Of a DNA stretch of 64,000 nt, positions 1 through 9,258 are shown one piece after another. Position 1 is the stretch's first letter, and the number at the start of each line of letters is the position of its first letter. Below the pieces are notes generated by a model. That model did not search any database. It saw nothing but the letters and a program-made list of their open reading frames with translations, and was not told where the DNA came from. Made by a program: the position numbers and the translations under genes. The stretch lies in contig CBFHXF010000007.1 of NCBI GenBank assembly GCA_965659745.1, positions 713 through 64,712 on the forward strand, read 5' to 3'. This DNA comes from Bacteroidia bacterium (lineage in GTDB: Bacteria; Bacteroidota; Bacteroidia; NS11-12g; UBA955).

Positions 1-6
1 CCAACC

Positions 7-1116
7 ATGTTCGCTCATTCACTCTTCCAATCTTTTTTCATTTCCGCCGCACTTCTCGTGCTATCCCTCTCGGCATGTAAACCCGAACCTGCATTCCCTA
101 CCGCCAATACTCCCGACAAATCTCCTTTAGACTCCTTCATCTGTGCCATGGATGTGAGCAGCCTCACCAAAATTTTGAGGAACGGTGAAATCTTCAAGGA
201 TTCATCCGGCAAAGCCGTTCGCATATTTCCCTTTTTAAAACAACAAGGAATCAATACCCTCCGCTTTCGCGTTTGGGTAGGCACGCACCCCGATTATCAA
301 GCCGATACCATCTTGAAATTAGTACAATTGGCTCGGAAAAGTGGATTCAATATTTGGATCGATTTGCATTACTCCAATACCTGGGCCGATCCTGGAAATC
401 AAGAAATTCCCGCCGAATGGAGCCAAACCAATTTGGCAAGCCTGAATTCCCAACTTAAAACGTATACCCAACAAATGATGCGCCTCTTCAATCCCGATAT
501 CATGCAAATTGGCAATGAAATCGAAGGCGGATTTTTATGGCCGCTGGGGCGTTCTTCCGATACCGCTGCCTTTTATTCGTTGCTGCGAACGGCGTCAAAA
601 GCCGTGCGACAAGAAAATCCACGTACACCCATACTGCTGCATATTTCGAATTATAAACGGGCCGATTACTTCTTTTCGGAAGTCCAACAACACGGAATAG
701 ACTTCGATATTGCCGGCGTTTCGTACTATCCCAAGTGGCATGGATACAATTTAGATAGTCTGTTTCAAACCTTAACTCGGGTTTCCCTCAAAACAAATAA
801 AAGAGCCATTATTGCCGAAAATAGCTATCCCTTTACCTTTTCTTGGGCCGATTGGACGGATAACGTAATGGGGTGGGAGGGCGATTTGCATCCCAATTAT
901 GCGGCTACCACCCACGGACAGTTTCAGCAGGTGCATGACTTGGTAACCGGAGTTCGAAATTTACCCTCGCCTTTAGGCAGTGGATATGCCTATTGGGAAG
1001 GGGTTTGGGTGGCCTCTGAAGGACCCGAATCTAAGGAAGGATCTATGTGGGAAAACCAGGCCTGTTTTGACTTTGCGTTTAAAGCACTTCCCGTTTGGAA
1101 CGCCTTCCAACCTTGA
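7..1116 (+). CDS. Glycoside hydrolase family 53 arabinogalactan endo-beta-1,4-galactanase, lipoprotein-type signal peptide
   Basis: 369 aa ORF. N-terminus MFAHSLFQSFFISAALLVLSLSAC is a signal peptide plus lipobox Cys. The GH53 motifs DLHYSNTWADPGNQEIPAEW and MQIGNEIEGGFLWP (catalytic GNE) are present. Confidence 0.7.
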   Translation: MFAHSLFQSFFISAALLVLSLSACKPEPAFPTANTPDKSPLDSFICAMDVSSLTKILRNGEIFKDSSGKAVRIFPFLKQQGINTLRFRVWVGTHPDYQADTILKLVQLARKSGFNIWIDLHYSNTWADPGNQEIPAEWSQTNLASLNSQLKTYTQQMMRLFNPDIMQIGNEIEGGFLWPLGRSSDTAAFYSLLRTASKAVRQENPRTPILLHISNYKRADYFFSEVQQHGIDFDIAGVSYYPKWHGYNLDSLFQTLTRVSLKTNKRAIIAENSYPFTFSWADWTDNVMGWEGDLHPNYAATTHGQFQQVHDLVTGVRNLPSPLGSGYAYWEGVWVASEGPESKEGSMWENQACFDFAFKALPVWNAFQP

Positions 1117-1143
1117 CCATAAGATAAATTTCCCCCGAGAAAA

Positions 1144-1175
1144 TAAAAAAAGCCACCCGATTGGATGGCTTTTTC
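1144..1175. terminator. Bidirectional rho-independent terminator-like hairpin between convergent genes
   Basis: aaaaaaAGCCACCCgattGGATGGCTtttt: imperfect stem flanked by an A-run and a T-run, between the GH53 stop (1116) and the minus-strand stop at 1194. Confidence 0.4.
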
Positions 1176-1193
1176 ATAATTCTAAAGGAGGAA

Positions 1194-1616
1194 TTAATGA
1201 CCCACTTTAAAAGAAGTGATCATGTAACCCATTTTGCGGTTTCCTTTGATGCTCAAAACCATTTCAACCGGCTGTGGTCCACGAGTTTTGTTCGTGATTT
1301 GTGTAGCCATTGGTCCTTGCGCATAAAAACAACCCTGAAAGTCAGGGCTTTGCATAAAGTTCACTTTGATTTCTTGTGCACCTCTTGGTGGGGTACAAGG
1401 ATCTTGATGTCCGCCCATTCCTGGAGCACCATGGTGCCCTGGACCTGCGTGGCCATGACCTTCTTCAGCACCACCAACAGTTACTTGGTTAATAGTAACT
1501 GGCTTGTTTTCATAGCGCTCTGGGTGATTGGCGAAATCGCCACCTGAAACCGCCATCTGAGAAAATGCAGCGCTGCTTGCGAAAGCTACTACTGCGAATA
1601 ATACTAATTTTTTCAT
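1194..1616 (-). CDS. Small secreted histidine/glycine-rich hypothetical protein
   Basis: 140 aa. N-terminal signal peptide MKKLVLFAVVAFASSAAFSQ. Low-complexity HGHAGPGHHGAPGMGGHQD stretch suggests metal binding. No family recognised. Confidence 0.5.
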   Translation of the reverse strand: MKKLVLFAVVAFASSAAFSQMAVSGGDFANHPERYENKPVTINQVTVGGAEEGHGHAGPGHHGAPGMGGHQDPCTPPRGAQEIKVNFMQSPDFQGCFYAQGPMATQITNKTRGPQPVEMVLSIKGNRKMGYMITSFKVGH

Positions 1617-1852
1617 ATTGGTTTTTTTTTATGTTCGACAATAATAATATGAAATTGAGCTTTTACACAATAATTGTATGTTCATTGAAGTCAATGTTAG
1701 AAAAAAGTAGATAAACAACTGCCATTTTGTACAGTTTGTTACATATGTTATTGTGTTGTAAATTAAACATTACCAAGTAAAAGGTAGTGGTACGCTGCAA
1801 CAAGGGTATATTTTAAACTAATTCAATAGCGGAGCGTGATTTCAAATAGATT

Positions 1853-2260
1853 TTATGCGATAAATTGAATTGTAAGTCGCTGTAAGAGCATATTGATTAA
1901 GCGTTTGGAGAGCTCGTTTTTGTGGCTCATAAAAAAATCTAACTCGTCTACACTCATAAGCGCCAATACCATTCCTATCATCGTGTTGCGTAAAATGGCA
2001 TCTTTTTGCAGTCGCAATTTCACGAAGTCTTCTAGCTCTTTTTTTAATAAAGGAAGGCCCGTTGGGCTCAACTGCAATTTGAAAAATAGCAACAAAGCAT
2101 CATTTTGGAATTTTAAAATCGGACGTAAACAGGTGTTTTGAAATTGCTCAATTTCTAATGAGCTGCGCGCTGTATCTAAAGGAATTTCGCTCCGCAGCGA
2201 TAATAAAAGTTGGGACCGCGACATACAATTGTAAAAGTACAACGCATAAGTGGAACCCAA
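1853..2260 (-). CDS. Hypothetical protein (uncertain gene call)
   Basis: 135 aa ORF in an otherwise ~800 bp AT-rich intergenic island. Predicted helical, no recognisable motifs. Confidence 0.3.
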   Translation of the reverse strand: MGSTYALYFYNCMSRSQLLLSLRSEIPLDTARSSLEIEQFQNTCLRPILKFQNDALLLFFKLQLSPTGLPLLKKELEDFVKLRLQKDAILRNTMIGMVLALMSVDELDFFMSHKNELSKRLINMLLQRLTIQFIA

Positions 2261-2413
2261 CCCTATTATCTGTCAATTTGCGATAATTACCATTTTTTTC
2301 GGGGGAATTTTTCAACACGCCTTAGGGGCTATGAACTTAATTATCGCAACGACAAACATTAATGTCGGATATCAGTTATATCTACACCCATTAAATACGA
2401 ATTATTTTCCTCC

Positions 2414-3313
2414 ATGATTAAGATTGCTTTCGATCCCATTTATGCGCATCCCTTGCCGGAAAATCACCGATTTCCCATGCAGAAATACGAGCTAATTCCC
2501 GAACAATTGATGTATGAAGGCACATATACCCATGCGCATTTTTTTTCTCCTGGAATATGTCCCCAAGAGGTCCTACTGCGCACCCATGATGAAGGATATT
2601 ATCATAAACTCATCAATCAAGAATTGAGTTATAAAGAGCAGAGAACCATCGGATTTCCGCAATCTCCTGAATTGATTCAAAGAGAATTAATCATCACGCA
2701 AGGTACGATCGACGCCTGCACGTTTGCCTTGGAAAGCGGCGTTTCTTTGAATGTCGCCGGGGGGACCCATCATGCGTTTGCCGACAGGGGAGAAGGGTTT
2801 TGTTTGCTAAACGATATGGCCATTGCCGCCAATTGGTTGCTACAGAATAAGGGGGCGACAAAAATTTTGATCATTGATTTGGATGTGCATCAAGGAAACG
2901 GAACGGCCAAACTCATGCAACACAATTCGCATGTGTTTACCTTTAGCATGCACGGCGCTATGAACTATCCGGCTCGAAAGGAATTGTCAGATTTAGATAT
3001 AGGCCTGAAAGACGGTACCCTCGGACCCGAATATTTATCCATATTGTATGATACCCTTCCCCGATTGATTGAGGAAGTAAAACCAGATTTTGCCTTTTAT
3101 TTATCGGGGGTGGATATATTAGAAACCGATAAATTGGGAAAACTGAAAGTCAGTTTAGACGACTGTAAAAGGAGAGATGAATTCGTATTCAAGCAACTCA
3201 AACAGCATCAAATACCGGTAACGGTGGCTCTCGGCGGAGGCTATTCTCCGAATATCAAAACCATTGTAGAAGCGCATTGCAATACCTTTCGGCTTGCCGC
3301 CTCATTATATTAA
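2414..3313 (+). CDS. Histone deacetylase superfamily protein (AcuC/acetoin-utilisation-like deacetylase)
   Basis: 299 aa. Motifs GGTHHAFADRGEGFCLLND and DLDVHQGNGTA are characteristic of the arginase/deacetylase (HDAC) fold. Confidence 0.8.
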   Translation: MIKIAFDPIYAHPLPENHRFPMQKYELIPEQLMYEGTYTHAHFFSPGICPQEVLLRTHDEGYYHKLINQELSYKEQRTIGFPQSPELIQRELIITQGTIDACTFALESGVSLNVAGGTHHAFADRGEGFCLLNDMAIAANWLLQNKGATKILIIDLDVHQGNGTAKLMQHNSHVFTFSMHGAMNYPARKELSDLDIGLKDGTLGPEYLSILYDTLPRLIEEVKPDFAFYLSGVDILETDKLGKLKVSLDDCKRRDEFVFKQLKQHQIPVTVALGGGYSPNIKTIVEAHCNTFRLAASLY

Positions 3314-4248
3314 AAGGTAATTCCCAAACTCACAAACGGAATGGGCCAAAAGGCTTTGCGCTCGTATTCAACATTTGAAATCCATTCTTGCTTGTTATAG
3401 TCATAATACCCATTATCTTCTTCGGTACTATACGCCGCCGATAAGACCCCTACATCTACAAATCCATTTTTTAGGGCATTAATTCGCAGCGCCGGACCTC
3501 CTATAATTGTAGGTTGTGAATTCTGATGTAAAAGCACCCATAGTTCACCAACCAAACTCACCTTGGGGGAAGATTGATACAAGCCGCTCACCTCTATAAT
3601 TGGCAGTTGCTCCTTCGAGTCTGTGTAAAATCCATATCCGGTATTCAGGGTAATATTAGCCTCTTTATCGCCATAGGTAATATTAGCGAATAAAAGTCCG
3701 AGCGATTCTTCGTCGCCGTAAAATAATTTACCCAATTGTCCTCCAAAACTCGCATACAGGTTTTCCCCAATTTTGGTACCCACTTTCAGATTTACAAATG
3801 TGGGCATGAGGATTGGGGTGGTGGTCATTCCGATACTAATATTATCGGTAATGCCATATTGGGCCTGAACCAATAAGAAATAAATCATATTCAAATACCC
3901 TTCTCCCTGTTTTAATGGAATCGCAGAGGGCGCATACAAATACCGGGTGGGATGTACAATCGGACCTAATGCTTTTGGATTGCGTACCATGGTTCTCATT
4001 TGCACGGCATAGGTGGGAATGAATACCCGCGTACCGTCGCTTTTTACCACCTGCAGTTCACGTGCATCCTCAAAAACAATACGGCCTTCTACGGTACCAT
4101 TTTGGGTTTTGATGCGATAGTAATTGACGGTATCTTTTGAAGAAGATGAGGCTTCTTGTGCATAGATCTGGGGCATTGCAATGAAGCCCAAAATCAACAG
4201 GAAAATGGGCAAAATGGATAGGCCTTGTTTTTTCATAGCTATTTTCAC
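3310..4248 (-). CDS. Hypothetical secreted protein
   Basis: 312 aa, signal peptide MKKQGLSILPIFLLILGFIAMPQIYAQ. Its stop overlaps the HDAC-like gene end by 4 nt, convergently. No family recognised. Confidence 0.5.
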   Translation of the reverse strand: MKIAMKKQGLSILPIFLLILGFIAMPQIYAQEASSSSKDTVNYYRIKTQNGTVEGRIVFEDARELQVVKSDGTRVFIPTYAVQMRTMVRNPKALGPIVHPTRYLYAPSAIPLKQGEGYLNMIYFLLVQAQYGITDNISIGMTTTPILMPTFVNLKVGTKIGENLYASFGGQLGKLFYGDEESLGLLFANITYGDKEANITLNTGYGFYTDSKEQLPIIEVSGLYQSSPKVSLVGELWVLLHQNSQPTIIGGPALRINALKNGFVDVGVLSAAYSTEEDNGYYDYNKQEWISNVEYERKAFWPIPFVSLGITF

Positions 4249-4319
4249 AAATATAATCTACGGAGTTTGTATTTTTCACATTGTTTAAATTGACTTATTT
4301 CACGAACTTTGCATTTTTA

Positions 4320-6248
4320 ATGAATTCCGTAATTATAACCCTTCCCGATGGCGCACAGCGCGAGTATCCAATTGGAAGTACTCCCATGGATGTGGCCCTT
4401 TCGATTAGCGAAGGACTTGCGCGTAACGTACTGGCCGCCAAAATTGACGATAAAGTAGTAGATGCCGCAACGCCTTTCACCAAAGATTCAAATTTGGCTT
4501 TGCTTACATGGAACGACACAGACGGAAAGCAAACCTATTGGCACAGCTCGGCGCATTTATTAGCCGAAGCATTGGAAGCACTTTTTCCAGGTGTTAAATT
4601 AGGAATAGGTCCCCCAATTCAATACGGATTTTATTACGATGTAGATTTCGGTGATTACAAATTTACAGATGCCGATTTTGAAAAAGTAGAATCCAAGATG
4701 CGCGAGTTGGCTAAAACCAATTCTGCGTTCGTTCGTAAAGAAGTTGGTAAAGCCGAAGCCGTGGCCTATTTCGAAGAAAAAGGCGATCCTTATAAACTAG
4801 ACCTGCTTAAAGATTTAGAAGACGGCAGTATTACCTTTTACCAACAAGGAAATTTTACCGATTTATGTCGGGGTCCTCATATTCCGCATACCGGACATAT
4901 CAAATCGATTAAAGTATTGTCAACCGCTGGAGCTTACTGGCGTGGGGATGAAAAGAACAAACAATTGACCCGTATTTATGCCATTACATTTCCCAAAAAG
5001 TCAGAATTAGACGCCCATTTGGAAATGCTGGAAGAGGCAAAAAAACGCGATCACCGTAAGCTTGGAAAAGAATTAGAAATTTATACGTTTGACGATGATG
5101 TAGGTCCTGGATTGCCTTTATGGTTGCCCAATGGTGGGGCCATGATCGAAGCCTTAGAATCTTACGCCAAAAAAGTAGAGAGAGAAGCCGGGTATGACCG
5201 CGTGAAATCTCCGCATATTGCTCGTGAAAGCATGTATTTGAAGAGCGGTCACTTACCTTATTATAAGGATAGTATGTATCCTCCGATGGAAATCGATGGA
5301 GTTAATTACTATCTAAAGGCAATGAACTGCCCTCACCATCATAAAATTTTTGCCGCTACTCCTAAGTCCTATCGCGATTTACCGATCCGCCTTGCCGAAT
5401 ACGGAACCTGCTACCGTTATGAACAAAGTGGTGAACTATTCGGTTTGATGCGCGTGAGAAGTCTTCAAATGAACGATGCGCACATTTATTGTACCGAAGC
5501 CCAATTTGAAGAAGAATTCCAAAATGTGAATGCTTTGTATTTGAAGCATTTTGAGAAATTCGGCATCGAAAAATATGTAATGCGATTCTCTAAGCACGAT
5601 CCTGCTCGTTTAGGCGAGAAGTATATCGACATGCCCGAGCTTTGGATCAAAACCGAGGCGATGGTAAGGAAGGTACTCGACAAAATGGGTGTGAATTATG
5701 TGGAAGTAGAAGACGAAGCCGCTTTTTACGGTCCTAAAATTGATATCCAAGTGTACAGTGCCATAGGTAGAGAGTTTACCTTGGCTACCAATCAAGTGGA
5801 TTTTGCGCAGGCAGATCGCTTTGATTTGTATTTTATTAATGAAAAGAACGAGAAGGAACGTCCGATTATCATTCACAGGGCCCCTTTAAGTACGCACGAG
5901 CGATTTATCGGATTTTTATTGGAACATTATGCCGGACGATTGCCGGTTTGGTTAGCGCCTAAACAAGTTATTGTGCTTCCAATTTCAGATAAATACGCCG
6001 CATATGGAGATGAAGTTGTTAAATTCCTGAAAAAGCACGATATTCGCGCCTCTATTGATCACAGATCAGAGAAAGCCGGAAAGAAAATCCGTGACGCCGA
6101 AGTATCTAAGACCCCGTATATGTTAATAGTAGGGGAGAAGGAAGCAGAGGTTCGATCGGTTTCTGTAAGAATGCACGGTGGAACTGATTTAGGATTAATG
6201 GAATTACAGCAGTTTGCTGATAGAATAATTGATGAAGCCAGTTTATAA
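4320..6248 (+). CDS. thrS: Threonine--tRNA ligase
   Basis: N-terminal TGS domain (MNSVIITLPDGAQREY aligns with E. coli MPVITLPDGSQR), class II aaRS core and C-terminal anticodon-binding domain. The ATG at 4320 is preferred over the TTG at 4281 used by the ORF track. Confidence 0.9.
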   Translation: MNSVIITLPDGAQREYPIGSTPMDVALSISEGLARNVLAAKIDDKVVDAATPFTKDSNLALLTWNDTDGKQTYWHSSAHLLAEALEALFPGVKLGIGPPIQYGFYYDVDFGDYKFTDADFEKVESKMRELAKTNSAFVRKEVGKAEAVAYFEEKGDPYKLDLLKDLEDGSITFYQQGNFTDLCRGPHIPHTGHIKSIKVLSTAGAYWRGDEKNKQLTRIYAITFPKKSELDAHLEMLEEAKKRDHRKLGKELEIYTFDDDVGPGLPLWLPNGGAMIEALESYAKKVEREAGYDRVKSPHIARESMYLKSGHLPYYKDSMYPPMEIDGVNYYLKAMNCPHHHKIFAATPKSYRDLPIRLAEYGTCYRYEQSGELFGLMRVRSLQMNDAHIYCTEAQFEEEFQNVNALYLKHFEKFGIEKYVMRFSKHDPARLGEKYIDMPELWIKTEAMVRKVLDKMGVNYVEVEDEAAFYGPKIDIQVYSAIGREFTLATNQVDFAQADRFDLYFINEKNEKERPIIIHRAPLSTHERFIGFLLEHYAGRLPVWLAPKQVIVLPISDKYAAYGDEVVKFLKKHDIRASIDHRSEKAGKKIRDAEVSKTPYMLIVGEKEAEVRSVSVRMHGGTDLGLMELQQFADRIIDEASL

Positions 6249-6786
6249 AGGTAAAAGCCGCCGTAGGGAAGATCCCCACAAAATCAACGAACGTATCGTT
6301 GCGAAAGAAGTACGTTTGGTTGGTGACAACATTGAAATGGGTATCTACCCCACTGAGAAGGCCATAGAAATGGCCTACGAATTGGGCTTAGATCTAGTGG
6401 AAATCAGTCCCAATGCAGAACCTCCTGTTTGTAAAGTAACCGATTACAAAAAGTTCCTTTACGAACAAAAGAAGAAGCAAAAGGAAATCAAAGCAAACGC
6501 TGTAAAGCAAGAAATTAAAGAAATTCGTTTCGGTCCGAATACCGATGAGCACGATGTTAATTTCAAGATGAAACACGCCATTGCCTTCCTTGAAGAGGGA
6601 AATAAAGTAAGGGCTTTTGTTTTCTTTAGAGGTAGAACTATCGTGTTTATTGAAAGAGGTATCGATCTTTTAATGAATTTCGCGAATAAATTAATCGATG
6701 ATGGCCATGCCAAACTCGAAATGGAGCCGAAGCGAGAGGGCAAAAAAGTTGTGATTATTCTCGCACCCAAGAATGCAAAAAAATAA
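6229..6786 (+). CDS. infC: Translation initiation factor IF-3
   Basis: 185 aa. KINERIVAKEVRLVGDNIEMGIY matches the IF-3 N-domain. Start overlaps the thrS stop by 20 nt, the classic thrS-infC-rpmI-rplT order. Confidence 0.85.
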   Translation: MMKPVYKGKSRRREDPHKINERIVAKEVRLVGDNIEMGIYPTEKAIEMAYELGLDLVEISPNAEPPVCKVTDYKKFLYEQKKKQKEIKANAVKQEIKEIRFGPNTDEHDVNFKMKHAIAFLEEGNKVRAFVFFRGRTIVFIERGIDLLMNFANKLIDDGHAKLEMEPKREGKKVVIILAPKNAKK

Positions 6787-6804
6787 TATTTAACGTATAC
6801 CACT

Positions 6805-7005
6805 ATGCCAAAAATGAAGACCAATTCCAGCGCAAAGAAACGTTTCAAGGTAACGGGCACTGGAAAAGTAAAACGCCGTAAAGCTTTTTTGAACCATATC
6901 TTGACCAAAAAGGCAACCAAACGTAAAAAAGCGCTTGCAAAACCTGCAATGGTGCATGAAAGAGATATGAGCAACGTAAAATTTATGCTCCGTATCGGTA
7001 AATAA
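6805..7005 (+). CDS. rpmI: 50S ribosomal protein L35
   Basis: 66 aa basic protein beginning [27 protein letters not shown]. Confidence 0.9.
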   Translation: MPKMKTNSSAKKRFKVTGTGKVKRRKAFLNHILTKKATKRKKALAKPAMVHERDMSNVKFMLRIGK

Positions 7006-7066
7006 TAAAAATCATGGCCGGAGCTAACAAGTGCCTTGTGCCGCTCAAGCCAAAAAACTAAATACT

Positions 7067-7417
7067 ATGCCAAGATCAGTAAACCACGTAGCTAGTAAAG
7101 CTAGAAGGAAAAAAACCCTGAAGTTAGCCAAAGGTTACTTCGGAAGACGTAAAAACGTATGGACGGTTGCCAAAAATGCCGTAGAGAAAGGTTTAACCTA
7201 TGCCTACCGCGACCGTAGAACCAAAAAACGCGAATTCCGCTCTTTGTGGATCATGCGTATTAATGCAGCCTGCCGCGAACACGGTGTGAGTTACTCTCAA
7301 TTTATGGGTAAATTGGGTAACTCCTCTTTGGAAATGGACCGTAAAACATTAGCCGAATTGGCAATGAACGATCCCCAAGGATTTAAAGCCGTTCTTGATA
7401 TTGTGATGCAAGGATAA
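7067..7417 (+). CDS. rplT: 50S ribosomal protein L20
   Basis: [30 protein letters not shown] is the conserved L20 N-terminus. The ATG at 7067 is preferred over the upstream ATG at 7031. Confidence 0.9.
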   Translation: MPRSVNHVASKARRKKTLKLAKGYFGRRKNVWTVAKNAVEKGLTYAYRDRRTKKREFRSLWIMRINAACREHGVSYSQFMGKLGNSSLEMDRKTLAELAMNDPQGFKAVLDIVMQG

Positions 7418-7439
7418 TCATCCCCTGCACATCTGAAAA

Positions 7440-7466
7440 GGCCGTCGTTTATCGATGGCCTTTTTT
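7440..7466 (+). terminator. Rho-independent terminator of the thrS-infC-rpmI-rplT operon
   Basis: GGCCGTCGtttatCGATGGCC followed by TTTTTT, immediately after the rplT stop. Confidence 0.6.
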
Positions 7467-7533
7467 AGTTAAACGGAACTTGATTATTTTCGAACCAACT
7501 ATTTGATCGTTTACTACGTCTGCACTATAACAC

Positions 7534-8520
7534 ATGAAAATATCACCTTTTGCTCCCATTTATAAATTTGCTACCCCTTTTTTAATAGGACTACTTTTTA
7601 CCACTTCCACGATAAAGGCGCAAATCAATATTACCGGTACCCAAAATGCGGATACCTCCGAATTAGGACATGTGCCCGAGTTGGAATACATAGCCTCAAA
7701 CCTGCCCAATTACAAATCCTTTATGTTCCGTAGGGTGGTGCAAGAATATATTGCCAATGAAAATGGATTTCTTCTCGATGTAAAACTCGATACCGCTTTC
7801 ATGATTTTTAAACGTTCTGCTGAAGATTCGTCCATATATATGGGTACGTATCACGCCGACGACGAAGGAAGTATGGCGTTTGCAAAAGCCAACGATGTAG
7901 AAAAAATTCCCCTAGAAATAAAATTGGCACCCGATGGGAAAATAAAAGAATTGGTAAATTGGAAACAATTTAGAGACTATTTCGTATCCTCATTGTCGAA
8001 GCAAGCACAAGCCGATTTAATTACGCCCGCTTATTTTAGAGAACAAAAAGAACTCTTGAACAAGGAGGCGGTAATCCGACTTTTGGTAATGGAAGACCTT
8101 CACTACCTATTTGATATTTATGGCGATACCGTAGATTTAAATCTTCAGTATTTGCGCGTAAAGGGACTAAAATCACCCTTTTCAGGTAAAAAACTTCAGG
8201 TTTTAGGGAATCTTACCATCAATAGGATTGAGGGTGCGGCTAACTCGTTGCGTTTCAAAGCACAGAATAGAGCCGATGGTCCTGTAAAACAGCAATTAAT
8301 GGATGAGGCCATACGATACTTGAAAACCAAAGAACAAGATAAATATTCGAGTACCCAAATTCTGAATGTAGGGTTGAATTCGGAACAAGAGTTCGATTAT
8401 AACTTAAAAGCAAAATGCCTGATGAAGGCAACCTTAAGCGATGTAGTGGTTCTGAATCTGCAAAGTAGGGGCAATATTAGGGTTTATCAACTTTGGGATT
8501 ACAGATTCCCCTGGGAATAA
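7534..8520 (+). CDS. Hypothetical secreted protein
   Basis: 328 aa, signal peptide MKISPFAPIYKFATPFLIGLLFTTSTIKAQ. No family recognised. Confidence 0.5.
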   Translation: MKISPFAPIYKFATPFLIGLLFTTSTIKAQINITGTQNADTSELGHVPELEYIASNLPNYKSFMFRRVVQEYIANENGFLLDVKLDTAFMIFKRSAEDSSIYMGTYHADDEGSMAFAKANDVEKIPLEIKLAPDGKIKELVNWKQFRDYFVSSLSKQAQADLITPAYFREQKELLNKEAVIRLLVMEDLHYLFDIYGDTVDLNLQYLRVKGLKSPFSGKKLQVLGNLTINRIEGAANSLRFKAQNRADGPVKQQLMDEAIRYLKTKEQDKYSSTQILNVGLNSEQEFDYNLKAKCLMKATLSDVVVLNLQSRGNIRVYQLWDYRFPWE

Positions 8521-8607
8521 TACGCAAGTATTAATTATGTGTTAACAATTGCATGACTTAGTAAGTATACTGCTGATTACCCATAAATTCGTGGTAAGAT
8601 TACCAGT

Positions 8608-9255
8608 ATGGCTCTAAATAATTTACTCAGCATTTTTCTTCCTAAGGATAAGATTTTTTATAATCTTTTCGAACAAGCAGCCTCTAACATTTCCCAAATG
8701 GGAAAGGAGTTTAAATCTTTTGTTTACGAAACCAATCCCGAAACGCGTTTTTTGATTTTTCAAAAACTCGAAAATTTGGAGCATCAAAATGATGAAGTAA
8801 CGCATCAAATTTTTCAAGAACTAGGTAAGAATTTTATAACACCCTTTGATCGCGAAGACATACATTATTTAGCAACCGCAACCGACGATGTGGCAGATTA
8901 CATATTTGCATCTTGTAAGAAGATGCAATTTCATGGAGTAGATCCCAATGATGAACCCATTCAAAGCCTAGCAGAACTTATTTGCGAAGGGGCTCAAGAG
9001 GTGAGCAGGGTAATCATGCAATTGAGAGAACTGAAACGTCCAGAAAAAATTATGGAGTCGATCGTAAAGATCAACAGCCTCGAAAATCACGCAGATCACG
9101 TGTTTGATAAAAATATTAAGCACCTTTTTGATACCGAAGATGATTTTAAAAACCTCATCCGACGTCGTGAGGTTTATACCGTTATGGAAATTGCCACCGA
9201 TAAATTTGAGGATGTGGCGAACGTAATTGAAACCATCATCGTTAAATACGCATAA
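8608..9255 (+). CDS. PhoU-like phosphate transport regulator (DUF47/YkaA family)
   Basis: 215 aa helical protein. It sits immediately upstream of a PiT-family transporter (4 nt gap), the conserved DUF47-PiT pairing. Confidence 0.75.
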   Translation: MALNNLLSIFLPKDKIFYNLFEQAASNISQMGKEFKSFVYETNPETRFLIFQKLENLEHQNDEVTHQIFQELGKNFITPFDREDIHYLATATDDVADYIFASCKKMQFHGVDPNDEPIQSLAELICEGAQEVSRVIMQLRELKRPEKIMESIVKINSLENHADHVFDKNIKHLFDTEDDFKNLIRRREVYTVMEIATDKFEDVANVIETIIVKYA

Positions 9256-9258
9256 GTC

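Noticed and set aside
4281-4319. TTG start at 4281 extending thrS by 13 codons
   Set aside because: Alignment logic favours the ATG at 4320: MNSVIITLPDG matches the canonical ThrS N-terminus MPVITLPDG. The extension (FKLTYFTNFAFL) looks non-coding.
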